Below, piece by piece: positions 51,331 through 61,200 of a stretch of DNA of 64,000 bases; the first letter of the stretch is position 1; the number at the start of each line of letters is the position of its first letter. Location: assembly GCA_965207455.1 (NCBI GenBank), contig CBDBMJ010000001.1, positions 222,644-286,643 on the forward strand. The letters are read 5' to 3'. The stretch is from Bdellovibrionota bacterium (GTDB lineage Bacteria; Bdellovibrionota; UBA1018; CAIPTA01; JAALKR01). The notes beneath the pieces are model-generated. The model was not told the origin of the DNA and did no database searches. It worked only from the letters and a program-made list of their open reading frames with translations. Position numbers and translations under genes: made by a program.

Positions 51331-52038
51331 CTACAGGCTTTCCGTGGCACTGCTCATGTTAATGGAAATGGGTGGTCCCATTGTGGTGGATATGGTAAGG
51401 TTTTTTAAATATGTTCCCTTGCTGGTGGGTGGTTTTTGTCGAATCACGGCACTCAAAAGAGCGGAAAAATTGTCCTTTAGTTTTTCCATGCCAAAGCTGC
51501 GTTTTCCAATCATACAGTGAATAATGCCACCCTTGTCTGTGCGAAAGTTAACCTTACCTTTCTTTTGTTCAGCCACAGCTTTCTCCACTTCAAAGGTTAC
51601 GGTTCCCAGCTTGGGGTTGGGCATAAGTCCCCGTGGACCTAAAATTTTTGCCACCTTAGAGACTGCAACCATCATGTCTGGAGTGGCAATGACTTTGTCG
51701 AAGTCCATCCACCCGCCAGAGATTTTTTCGACTAAATCGTCGGAACCCACAAAATCTGCACCCGCTTGTTCGGCCTTTGTTGCATTTTCTCCCTTGGCAA
51801 ATACACATATTTTGGAGGATTTGCCTGATCCGTGGGGGAGGAGAATGGCTCCACGTACCTGCTGGTCTGACTGACGAATGTCTAGACCCAGCCTAAGGGC
51901 CACGTCCACGCTTTCATCAAAGTTAGCGGTTGGCAGCTTTGTTGCCAATTCTAGGGCTTCCTTGAGGGAATAGGCCTTACCTATTTCAATAGCCTCGCTG
52001 GCCTTTGTATATTTTTTTCCGCCTCGTTTTGCTCTCAT
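51331..52038 (-). CDS. rplA: 50S ribosomal protein L1
   Basis: The ATG at 52038 is preceded by GGAGGAAAG (reverse complement of 52040-52048). FDESVDVALRLGLDIRQSDQQVRG motif. The track TTG start at 52056 would contain that RBS. Confidence 0.95.
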   Translation of the reverse strand: MRAKRGGKKYTKASEAIEIGKAYSLKEALELATKLPTANFDESVDVALRLGLDIRQSDQQVRGAILLPHGSGKSSKICVFAKGENATKAEQAGADFVGSDDLVEKISGGWMDFDKVIATPDMMVAVSKVAKILGPRGLMPNPKLGTVTFEVEKAVAEQKKGKVNFRTDKGGIIHCMIGKRSFGMEKLKDNFSALLSAVIRQKPPTSKGTYLKNLTISTTMGPPISINMSSATESL

Positions 52039-52087
52039 ACTTTCCTCCGTGGTCAATCAGCTCTTATGAGAGCCTCCCACAAAAAAT

Positions 52088-52513
52088 CTATTTCTCAACA
52101 GTAATTCCCATGCTTCGCGCAGTGCCTTCTATTGTCTTCATACCGGCCTCCATACTGATTGCTGTTAAATCAGGGCGCTTTATCTCCACAATTTCTCTTA
52201 ATTGCTTTTCTGTAACCTTTCCTACTTTATTGCGGTTAGGAACACCAGAACCTTTTTGAATACCAGCCATTTTTTTCAAAAGAATGGGCGCTGGAGGGGT
52301 TTTCGTAATAAAAGTAAAGGAACGATCGCTGTAAACCGTTATAACTACAGGAATAATCATTCCTTGCTGGGCCTTTGTCTTGGCGTTAAAGGACTTACAG
52401 AACTCCATGATATTTACGCCACGTTGACCCAAGGCTGGTCCAACAGGGGGGGCAGGGTTTGCTTGGCCTGCGGGAATTTGTAATTTAATCTGTCCTACTA
52501 CTTCTTTTGCCAT
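52088..52513 (-). CDS. rplK: 50S ribosomal protein L11
   Basis: [35 protein letters not shown]. Confidence 0.97.
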   Translation of the reverse strand: MAKEVVGQIKLQIPAGQANPAPPVGPALGQRGVNIMEFCKSFNAKTKAQQGMIIPVVITVYSDRSFTFITKTPPAPILLKKMAGIQKGSGVPNRNKVGKVTEKQLREIVEIKRPDLTAISMEAGMKTIEGTARSMGITVEK

Positions 52514-52533
52514 CTCTTCTTCACCTCAAAAAC

Positions 52534-53229
52534 TTAAACTTTTTCCACCTGTACGAAATCCAATTCCACCGGAGTGGAGCGACCAAAAATGCTTACTAAT
52601 ACACGCACCTTGGATTTTTCACTATTTACTAAGTCGACTGTACCGTTAAAATTAATAAAAGGTCCATCAATAACTCGAATACTTTCACCCTCTATAAAAC
52701 TTACTTTTGGTCGAGGACGGCTCACGCCATCTTCCATACGATTGGTCATTCGTTTCATCTCTGCTTCCGATATGGGCAGGGGCTTGCGCTTATCTCCCAC
52801 AAAACCGGTGATTTTAGGCGTATCCTTGAGTAGATGCCAAGATTGATCACTTAGTTCCATTCGAACAAGAATATAACCGGGAAAGAAGCGACGTTTGGTG
52901 ACCCGACGCTTACCCTTCACCAAGGAAACAACGGATTCCTCTGGAACCACTATTTCAGAAACCATACTGGTTGCCTTCAGGGAACAAACTCGCTCCTCAA
53001 GGGACCGCCTTGCATGGTGCTCATAACCAGAATACACATGCACCACATACCACTTATGGGCAGGGTTGGAGGGACCTATGGGGTTTAGGGCTGCTTTTTC
53101 GGCAGCAAGCTCCTCTGGTGTCTTTTCTGGTGTTTCTCCAGCTGTTTCTCCAGAATCATTCACAGGAGTTTCCTCCTTTGCTGGTGAGTTTTCTTTTGCG
53201 TTCACTTCTTTTTCCTCTCCCATAAACAT
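52534..53229 (-). CDS. nusG: Transcription termination/antitermination factor NusG (with a ~50-aa acidic N-terminal extension)
   Basis: KWYVVHVYSGYE NGN domain and KOW GESIRVIDGPFINFNGTV. Confidence 0.95.
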   Translation of the reverse strand: MFMGEEKEVNAKENSPAKEETPVNDSGETAGETPEKTPEELAAEKAALNPIGPSNPAHKWYVVHVYSGYEHHARRSLEERVCSLKATSMVSEIVVPEESVVSLVKGKRRVTKRRFFPGYILVRMELSDQSWHLLKDTPKITGFVGDKRKPLPISEAEMKRMTNRMEDGVSRPRPKVSFIEGESIRVIDGPFINFNGTVDLVNSEKSKVRVLVSIFGRSTPVELDFVQVEKV

Positions 53230-53248
53230 CTTTTTTCACTAACCTTAT

Positions 53249-53635
53249 TTACATCACTAAGCGTAGTAGGTAGCCCCAAACGCCATCAACGATCCAAAGT
53301 AAAAATCCAGCCACGGTGACGGCAATGAGTACTGCAATTGTGCCCTTAAATGTCTCCTCTCGACCGGGCCAAGTAACCTTGGAGAGTTCGGACAAGACCT
53401 CGCCCACATAGTTCTGGCAAGTGGCACTTTTATAGAAAAAAACATAGGAAAGTACACCCAATGCCAGTGAACTGGACTTAAGGTACATGTCTAAGTCTTG
53501 GATACGACCTTCGAAATCCAAGGCACCTAGAATACGGCTGGCGAACAAAAAGCTCACAAATGCGATTAAAATGGAGGCCGTTAAAAAACTTAAGCTCACC
53601 CACTTTTGATTGCTTTCCATAATTAAGAACTCCAA
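53249..53635 (-). CDS. secE: Preprotein translocase subunit SecE (3-TM form)
   Basis: EVLSELSKVTWPGREET followed by a C-terminal TM segment. Sits immediately upstream of nusG. Confidence 0.88.
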   Translation of the reverse strand: MEFLIMESNQKWVSLSFLTASILIAFVSFLFASRILGALDFEGRIQDLDMYLKSSSLALGVLSYVFFYKSATCQNYVGEVLSELSKVTWPGREETFKGTIAVLIAVTVAGFLLWIVDGVWGYLLRLVM

Positions 53636-53853
53636 GACTCAACTCCCCTTTACTCTGAAGGAGAGGCAGGGGAAACTAAGACTCCCAAACTTATGGTTAA
53701 ACACCATTTCTGAGGAAAAAGCTACCTTTAAATAAGTTTTTTGTAGATTTCCTTATATTTTCAGAAGCGACGCACCATGGACAGGCTCTTCAGAACCCCG
53801 AAAGACTACCCATGTACCCTAACATCTCAAATTATAAAGGATAATGCGTTTAT

Positions 53854-54564
53854 CTATAGACTGCTGTTAACTGTCATTGTCATCATTGGTCGATGAAATC
53901 CGCAAAAAATATCCATAGTGCCAGCCTCTTTCACATGAAGCATAAATGTAGAACCGTTATTTAAACTTCTACTTTCCTTGAATGTTAGCTCTGAATTAGG
54001 GTCAGGGCGCACGTTGTGCGGCAAAAATTTATCATTATGTGTGAATTTAATACAGTCGCCAACGTTTACATCTAGCGTATTAGGCATAAACATGGCATCT
54101 TCGAGACTCACTTCGTGTACCGTCCTAGTAAGGCATTCTGCCTCCACTGACTCTAGAGCCTCTGCTTCCTTTGACTCTGGAGTTTCCGGTCCACTCAAAG
54201 TAAGTTGCTGTTCAGTAACTTGAACTGTCATTTCCATATTTCTCCGATGAAATGAGCAAAAAATATTCATGGTGCCAGCCTCTTCAACAGCAAGCATAAA
54301 TGTACTACCGTTATTTAAAGTTTTACTTTTCTCGAACTGTATCTCTGAATCAGATTCAGAGTGCACATTGTGTCGCATTGGATCATTGTTTGTGAAATGA
54401 ATACAGTCACCAACGTTTACATTTAGCTTATTAGGCACAAACTTCCTGTTTTTGAGACTAACTTTGTGTGTAGTAAGGCACTCTGCCTCCACGGATTCTT
54501 GAGCCTGCGACTCACTAGTAAATAGCACTAATGTGCTCAATATAGTTGTTAATAATAGCTTCAT
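53854..54564 (-). CDS. Secreted tandem two-domain cupredoxin (type-1 copper) protein
   Basis: Signal peptide MKLLLTTILSTLVLFTSESQAQE. Two repeats of V..G D.I.F.N.D...HNV ... FC.FHR..M, giving His/Cys/His/Met ligand spacing. Confidence 0.8.
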   Translation of the reverse strand: MKLLLTTILSTLVLFTSESQAQESVEAECLTTHKVSLKNRKFVPNKLNVNVGDCIHFTNNDPMRHNVHSESDSEIQFEKSKTLNNGSTFMLAVEEAGTMNIFCSFHRRNMEMTVQVTEQQLTLSGPETPESKEAEALESVEAECLTRTVHEVSLEDAMFMPNTLDVNVGDCIKFTHNDKFLPHNVRPDPNSELTFKESRSLNNGSTFMLHVKEAGTMDIFCGFHRPMMTMTVNSSL

Positions 54565-54604
54565 TTTTCGTTCCTTTCTTTGTTGTGTTTTCGGTCAGGT
54601 GACA

Positions 54605-54633
54605 TAAATAGCACAAAAGGGGCAGCACGTCAA
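54605..54633 (-). promoter_or_regulatory. Candidate sigma70 promoter for the two-domain cupredoxin gene
   Basis: The - strand reads TTGACG (54633-54628), a 17-nt spacer, then TATTTA (54610-54605), about 41 nt upstream of the start at 54564. Confidence 0.4.
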
Positions 54634-54733
54634 GTCGAATATTCTCATTATTTTGCATGATTTGTTGATCGACTTCAGGAGAAATCCTGTGGGAGTGGGG
54701 GCTTTAGGGGGGTTGTTCGGCTGGCTATTTTTT

Positions 54734-55747
54734 TTAGGCAGCGGGTAGAAATTCGAGGTTTTCAGTTTCAGCCTTGCGGGAGGCTTCTGATTCTTCCGCT
54801 GGTGCTTCTGTTGATACGACGGTAAGCCCCCCTCGTATCCTTGGATGAAGTTCACAAAAAATATCTATCGTTCCCGCCTCTTCGACTTGAAGAGTGAATT
54901 CGTGACTCGTGTCCAAGGGTTCACTTTTTGTAAACTGTATGGGTGAACTTTCTCTAGGAGCTATAGTATGCGGGACTGGGTCTAGATTTATAAAACGAAT
55001 GCAGTCACCCACATTTACCTCCAGTAAGTCGGGTGAAAATCGGAAGCCCTGAATGATGACTTCATGGCAGGCTTCAGGCTCTTCTATTGGTATTTCTATT
55101 GATGTGACGGTAAGCCCTGGCATTTCTGGATGAAGATTACAAAAAATATCTATCGTTCCTGCCTTTTCGACTTGAAGAGTGAATTCGTCATCGCTCCTCA
55201 AAGGTCTACTTTTTGCAAACTGTACGGGTGAAGTTTCTGTGGGAGCTACAATATGTAGAGTTGGGTCTAGGTTTGTAAAACGAATGCAGTCACCCACAGT
55301 TACATCCAGTGCGGCAGGTGTAAATTGAAAGTCCTGAATTTTGACGTTATGGCAGGTGTCAGGTTCCTCTACTGGTGCTTGTGTTGATGTGACGGTAAGC
55401 CCTGGCATTCTTCGATGAACATCACAAAAAATATCTATCACTCCTATCATTTCGACCTGAAGAGTGAACTCGTTATTTCTCCTCAAACGCTTACTTTTTG
55501 TAAACTGTATCTCTGAACTTTCTCTGGGGGCTACAGTATGTGTGGCTGAATCCATGTTTGTAAAATGAATGCAGTCACCCACGTTAACTTCCAGTTCGGC
55601 AGGTATAAATTTAAAGTTCTGAATTGTTACCTCGTGTGTAGTAAGGCAAGATCCTACGTCTCCTGATATTCGTTGATCTAGAGCTTTCGATTCGTTGCAG
55701 TGAAACAGCACTAATGTGCTCAATATAGTTGTTAATAATAGTTTCAT
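54734..55747 (-). CDS. Secreted tandem three-domain cupredoxin protein
   Basis: Signal peptide MKLLLTTILSTLVLF matches its neighbour. Three repeats of VGDCI[HR]F[TI]N[ML]D...H[TI][VI]AP ... IDIFC..H. Domains 1-2 have C-x2-H-x2-M, and domain 3 has CELHPRI with no Met. Confidence 0.8.
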   Translation of the reverse strand: MKLLLTTILSTLVLFHCNESKALDQRISGDVGSCLTTHEVTIQNFKFIPAELEVNVGDCIHFTNMDSATHTVAPRESSEIQFTKSKRLRRNNEFTLQVEMIGVIDIFCDVHRRMPGLTVTSTQAPVEEPDTCHNVKIQDFQFTPAALDVTVGDCIRFTNLDPTLHIVAPTETSPVQFAKSRPLRSDDEFTLQVEKAGTIDIFCNLHPEMPGLTVTSIEIPIEEPEACHEVIIQGFRFSPDLLEVNVGDCIRFINLDPVPHTIAPRESSPIQFTKSEPLDTSHEFTLQVEEAGTIDIFCELHPRIRGGLTVVSTEAPAEESEASRKAETENLEFLPAA

Positions 55748-55883
55748 TTTTCCCCCTTTTTTTTAATTAATAATTAATTAATTAAAATTGGAGCATGAGA
55801 AAATGAATGGATCAAGTCTCGGTGTGCTGTAAAATTTTGCTAAATAGGTTAATGGATTGGGATGATTTTTATTTCAGGACTAG

Positions 55884-56498
55884 CTAGCGTTTCAAACATA
55901 ACCAAGCAGGTCCAAATGATCGCCAGTGCGCAAACCAGAGGGGACCATGTTTTGTTGGGCAATTTGAAGAGGAATTAGTATAGACGACTGAGCATGTGTT
56001 GGTACTTCTGACCCAGCCAGTATTTCGATTGCAAGTATAACGGCAACTGCCGCCATAACCAGAGGCACAGGTACCAGTATAAGTAGCAGGAGCAGTAAGT
56101 GATGTGGCGCCGGGTAGGGAGCAATTATTCGTAGTTAGGGCGGAGCAACTAAATCTCTGTATGGAGGTACAATTATTGCGAACTTTCCTAACTTTCCAAC
56201 CATTATTAGGGTCTCCGCTTCTTGCAGAGATAAACGAGCACCTGTAGTTACAAGTACCCGTAGAGCTATGAACGCAAGTGCCATCAGAGGAATAATGATG
56301 CTGTATACGAGGTATGGAGCAATTATTCACAGTTGTAGCATCGCAATACCTCGACCCTATCCTCCCATAGGCAGGGTTAGAGAGTGCGAGGAGGACTAAA
56401 AGAAAGAGGTACCTGAGTAGAGGCAGTCGAGAAAAATCTTTAAATATTTGAAAATAAAGAATATTTCTTCTTTTCTGGCCAAGTAAAAGATGTGCCAT
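55884..56498 (-). CDS. Cys-rich secreted protein with an internal duplication
   Basis: Hydrophobic leader LLRYLFLLVLLALSNPAYG. The C.A.T.NNCS.P...GTC...G.C.Y.C......GW.......NC pattern occurs twice. No family recognised. Confidence 0.55.
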   Translation of the reverse strand: MAHLLLGQKRRNILYFQIFKDFSRLPLLRYLFLLVLLALSNPAYGRIGSRYCDATTVNNCSIPRIQHHYSSDGTCVHSSTGTCNYRCSFISARSGDPNNGWKVRKVRNNCTSIQRFSCSALTTNNCSLPGATSLTAPATYTGTCASGYGGSCRYTCNRNTGWVRSTNTCSVVYTNSSSNCPTKHGPLWFAHWRSFGPAWLCLKR

Positions 56499-56749
56499 AG
56501 GCTTAATGCCTCCTTTCTCTATATTGTATTATAGTGGTCGGGAACTATCAAGATATTTGAGCCTGTTGTTCTCCTTTAAGTACCCTAAAATCAACTCTTA
56601 CAAAACATTGGGCAATAACCCCCGTTTTCAACTCTAACTATCTAATAATAAAGTGGATTTTAATTGACCAAAAAAGTTTTATTTCGTTGGATATTATGAT
56701 AAACTTAAGAAACAGGGTAATAAAAGTCTACAGTTTCAGGGGGTGAATT

Positions 56750-58129
56750 ATGGAGAAAATAAAACAATACACAAAATTATGTTTGCTAGGATCAGTCCTT
56801 TTTTTGGGAGGTGGAACTGCTTTCGGAGAAGGTCTTTCAGTAGCTATTCCCGTGGTATCTTCTAGTGGAGGTGCAGTGAATTGTTTGAGCAAGGATTGTG
56901 AGTGTGTGAAGAATTGTAAGGGGGCATATGCGCCGCCAGAATCAGAGCACTTTGTAGTGACGGTCAATCCTTCTTGCTTTGTAAGAAACTTAAGGAAAAT
57001 TTCAAATCCTTTACAAGGAAATCTTGACTACATAGAGGTTAAATTTAATTTCTTGACAGGGAATAGTTCAAGAAAATATGTCAGCTTAAAAGTTCCACCT
57101 AAGGCGATTCGTTCAGCGGCAGACGGCAGACAGTATACGAATAATTTGGAAGTGAATGAAGGAAATTTTGCTATTGTTACATCAGGCTTGTCAGATGATA
57201 CAAACTTGTTTGCATCGTATAAAAATCAGGTAGCTCGTTATTGGGTTGAGGGTACTAAGGTAAGTCGTGTATCGGGTATAAGCGTTAAACAAGTTTATAG
57301 GCAGGTGACACCTCAATACGTTGCCCCAAGTTATTTTCGGGGAAATAGGCTTTCCTATATTCTATCCGCTGGGCTTGCCCATTCAAGACAGAATACTCCT
57401 GATCCTGAAGTTCGTGTAATAAAATCGGCTCTATCCTTTGATAGTTCTAAATCAAAACAATATTTCAATTCAGGTAAAAATCAATTTAACATAGACTTGG
57501 TAATGCCAGGTTCAAGATCAGGTGGTGGACAGTTTGGTTGCCAAGGATATTATTCTCCTTTGATGTTATTTTTCACAGAGGCACGTCCTAAATTTCGTCA
57601 AATTAGTAAATTTCCTCTTTTTCGAGATCAATCTATTTATTGGCCTGAGGCTAAACATGTGGGATATTTCTTAGTTCGGGATCAAGATAAAAATAATAAA
57701 ATTACAAAAGGCTCCGAGCTTTTTAGGAATCATTTCAATGTTCGTAATGGTTTTGAGGATTTAAAGCGATTGGACTCTAATAAAGATAATAGAATTGATA
57801 AAAGGGATAAGATGTTTTCTCAGCTTAAGCTATGGAAGGATATTAATGGCAATGGAATTGGTGAAAGCAATGAATTAATATCTTTGAGGGATAAGGGCAT
57901 ACAGTGGATATCGCTAAAATACAGAAGTCACTTGAAGAAATTTGGAGATAGAGCTCAGGCTCGGCAGGTGTCGACATTTACTTACATGGATATGGGTGGG
58001 TCCAAAAGGTCTCTAGCAAAAAATCCAACTCAGAAGAAAGATCAGTTGAAGAAGGCAAAGATTGTGGACATTTGGTTTTCTCCAGTGCCTCGAGCCTTGG
58101 CACAAGCATTAATTAACAAGCAGAAATAA
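56750..58129 (+). CDS. Secreted protein with C-terminal EF-hand/dockerin-like calcium-binding loops
   Basis: Signal peptide KLCLLGSVLFLGGGTAFGEG. DSNKDNRIDKRD and DINGNGIGESNE loops occur in the context LVRDQDKNNKITKGSELF...LKLWKDINGNGIGESNELISL...GIQWISL. Confidence 0.65.
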   Translation: MEKIKQYTKLCLLGSVLFLGGGTAFGEGLSVAIPVVSSSGGAVNCLSKDCECVKNCKGAYAPPESEHFVVTVNPSCFVRNLRKISNPLQGNLDYIEVKFNFLTGNSSRKYVSLKVPPKAIRSAADGRQYTNNLEVNEGNFAIVTSGLSDDTNLFASYKNQVARYWVEGTKVSRVSGISVKQVYRQVTPQYVAPSYFRGNRLSYILSAGLAHSRQNTPDPEVRVIKSALSFDSSKSKQYFNSGKNQFNIDLVMPGSRSGGGQFGCQGYYSPLMLFFTEARPKFRQISKFPLFRDQSIYWPEAKHVGYFLVRDQDKNNKITKGSELFRNHFNVRNGFEDLKRLDSNKDNRIDKRDKMFSQLKLWKDINGNGIGESNELISLRDKGIQWISLKYRSHLKKFGDRAQARQVSTFTYMDMGGSKRSLAKNPTQKKDQLKKAKIVDIWFSPVPRALAQALINKQK

Positions 58130-58189
58130 ATCAATGATATGTTGATTCTAACAGGTAGAATCAAGGAATTAAAATTTAATGACAATAGA

Positions 58190-58226
58190 ATCACAAAAGG
58201 TCTTCTTGGTCTTTTGTGATTTTTTC
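58190..58226 (+). terminator. Rho-independent terminator after the Ca-loop protein gene
   Basis: A perfect 10-bp stem, atcacaaaag (58190-58199) paired with cttttgtgat (58211-58220), an 11-nt loop, then TTTTT (58221-58225). Confidence 0.75.
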
Positions 58227-58292
58227 TAGCTTTTAGTCACGCTCTGATGATTTAGGTTGTCTAATTAGAGTAAAGGAAATAAAATTAGTGGA

Positions 58293-61200
58293 ATGAACAG
58301 GATGTTTTTTCGTATCAAGCTGTGGTTGACTGTTTTCAACGCTTCCAACTTTAGTGCGAACGTTGAAAAAAATAAAAAACCATTATTTGAGAATGAAAAA
58401 GGACTGATCTTAATATTAATGTCCATTTTGATTTCGGCTTCTGCCTTCCTCGGTGTTCTTGTTAGTCAGAATTTTTCTTTAGCAAAGGAGTCCCTTAGGA
58501 CAGGAGATGAAGTTGCTCTCATGACAGCTATAGAGGGCTTGAGTGCTACGATTCTTACTGGAATTAAGAGTCGTTGGTGTTTTACTAGAGATCTAGTTCC
58601 AGTTGATTGCAATGATGGAGGCAAGAATGTCCTCAACCATTGGTTTAGCGCTGAACGCTTTTTACTGAAGGATTCTGGTTGGGAGGCGATTAATGAGGCT
58701 CGAAAAAGTCAATGCGAGAGGCTGAGAGCTGGTGGTGTGCCACTGGATAGCTTCGTTTATCCACAAAACCCTAGCTGTAATGAAATTCTGCAAGATCCAA
58801 ATAACCCAGCAAAGATTCCTTTTGACTCCATTGCCATTAAAGATAGAGAAATGGAACTTTCAGAGGAAATGATTAGAGGTTCTGACTTGCTGAGCGATTC
58901 TCTTGGAGGCTTCCTCGATTCTAGGGGTACTCGCCTGAGATTAAAGCCGCCAATGGTGGTCAGAGTGGCGAGAGATGAGAACTACCCTGAACTCGGTGAT
59001 GAGGTTTATATCTCAGTGGAGATAACGGTAACTTTTGAATTAGACAAAAGATCAAAGAAACTCGAATTTAAGCAGGTAGTAGCCTTTTATCCAAGGCAGC
59101 TTACTTCCTTTGGGCTTATTTTGGCTAGAGATTTGTATCTTGGTGGGGAGGAAGTTACATCATCTGCTATAGGAGGCTGCACTCTACCTGGAATTAATGA
59201 GAAATTCCCGTACCTCAGTAATCCGGTAGAAATCGGCAGTATTCCATTTTCTCAATATAATAAGTATAAGGGTTTGAAATTTTTAAGCCCCGTATTTATA
59301 AACGGAAATTTATATGTGAGTGATAAGAAAGATAAAGTGGTGCCAGTGGCATTTCAAAGCTCTGTTGTACTGGGTGGAGGAAGAATAGTTGGTCATACTC
59401 CATCTCTCACCAATGAATCACAAACTAAGATATCTTCCTTAAAACCAGGCATTTTAAATGGTGTGGTACAAGAGGCATCTGATAAGGGTCTAGAGACTTT
59501 TGCTAGACAGAGGGTATGCGTGAACCTTAGTAGCAACCAGCAAGCCTGTATAAATGAAGTTGAAGTGGATCCTCGATATGGGGCTAAAGCAGTAGATGCT
59601 CCTCTCGGAGGAGTAATTTCTATGGCTACTGGATTTGGAGTAAATTGTGCACATTTAGAGGACGGAAGTCTAAAGTGTTGGGGTAATGGTGATCCTAGTT
59701 CTCCCAATTTAATGAGTAATATTAGCTTCAGGAATGTGCGTAAAATTGTATTGGGGGAAAGACATGCTTGTGTGCTTTTCAATGATGATACTACTACTGC
59801 CGCTAATGAGGCAGGTAGTGTAAAATGTTGGGGAGATAACACATCTTATCAATTAGGTCGCGGTGGTGGTGGTGTGAGTGCTCAGTACTCAGTTGAGCCG
59901 AATGGTTTAGGTGTTGTAAGCGAGATTGTAGCGGGAAAATATCATACTTGTGCTATAAAAAATTCTGGCAGTGTAGAATGCTGGGGGCATGGCCGTTATG
60001 GTGAATTGGGTGATAGCCGTGCAAGTTCAAGTGAGCCAGTTGTAGTTTCTGGTTTAACTAGTGTCCGTCAAATTGCTTTAGGATGGGGGCATACTTGTGC
60101 AGTTTCAAATTATGGTAATGTAACATGTTGGGGGTTAAACTATTCTGATCAGTTGGGCGCTACGACTACGGAGACATGTGATGATGCCACTCCTTGTAGT
60201 AAAACACCAGTTGCAGTTTCTGGTTTAACTAATGTTCGTCAAATTGCCTTGGGGGCAGAGCACACCTGTGCGCTTTTAAGCAATAAGAATGTAACATGTT
60301 GGGGGAATAATCAATATGGGCAGTTGGGTGATGGTAGTACAACCAATAGAAGGATACCAGTTGTAGTTTCTGGTTTAAGCAATGTAGAGCAAATTGCCTT
60401 GGGAGCGTTGCACTCCTGTGCACTTTTAAGTAATAAGAGTGTGCAATGCTGGGGAAATGCAGGTAGGCGCCAACTGGGTAATGGTGGCACGACCAATAGA
60501 ACAAGGCCGGTTGCAGTTTCTAGCTTAAGTGATGTAAGTAAAATTTACTTGAGGGAATTTCATAGTTGTGCGCTTTTAAGTGATAAGACTCAAAAATGTT
60601 GGGGAAGTAATGGATCTCAGCAATTAAGCGCTATAGATTCTCCAGAGTGTTCAAATGATGGGACTTCATTTAAATGTATTCCAACGCCAGTTAATTTTTA
60701 CGATGGTTCCACTTATGACATTTATCCCAATGCCACATTTGCAGCAGGAAAAAAACATTCTTGCCTTGTTTTTGAACAAGAGGTTTTGTGTGGAGGAGAT
60801 GCTCAATATGAAGGAAGAAGCTCTATATTGGGCCGGGGTAGTTCTCAGAATATAGGACAAAGTGCAAAGAGGGAGTATACAGCAGCTGGAGGATTGAATA
60901 ATCCTATTTCCACAGCTAGGGGTGTGGATACATATGGAGAGCATAGTTGTGCTTTGATTTATGAATCTGATGATAAGCCTTATGAAGTTAAATGTTGGGG
61001 AAGGGGTGATTCAGGGCAGTTGGGTAATGGTGGTAACTCAGAATCGGAGATTCCTGTATTTGTAGACAACACAAGTGGAGGTAGGCTATCTGTTTATCAA
61101 ATAGCTATAGGAGGAGAGCATACCTGTGCAATTGTTCCAAATACAGGTCAGGGTTCGGTGATGTGTTGGGGAAAGAATGATCGGGGTCAGTTAGGCGATG

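Noticed and set aside
53636-53853. Looked for tRNA-Trp and rpmG, which often precede secE, and for any tRNA in the other intergenic gaps.
   Set aside because: No GTTCGAATC-like T-arm or acceptor-stem pairing was seen by eye in any spacer. tRNAscan-SE or Infernal would be needed to be certain.
54595-54855. 86-aa - strand ORF spanning the gap between the two cupredoxin genes.
   Set aside because: It overlaps the 3' end of the three-domain cupredoxin gene in another frame, and the proposed promoter lies inside it. It has no export signal or motif.
55761-55790. TTAATTAATAATTAATTAATTAAAATT tract just upstream of the three-domain cupredoxin gene, considered as a possible operator or UP element.
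   Set aside because: It is a pure A/T low-complexity palindromic run. It is plausible as an UP element, but nothing in the sequence distinguishes function from composition.
56728-56967. 79-aa - strand ORF overlapping the start of the Ca-loop protein gene.
   Set aside because: It is antisense to a gene with a clear signal peptide and RBS context, and nothing independent supports it.
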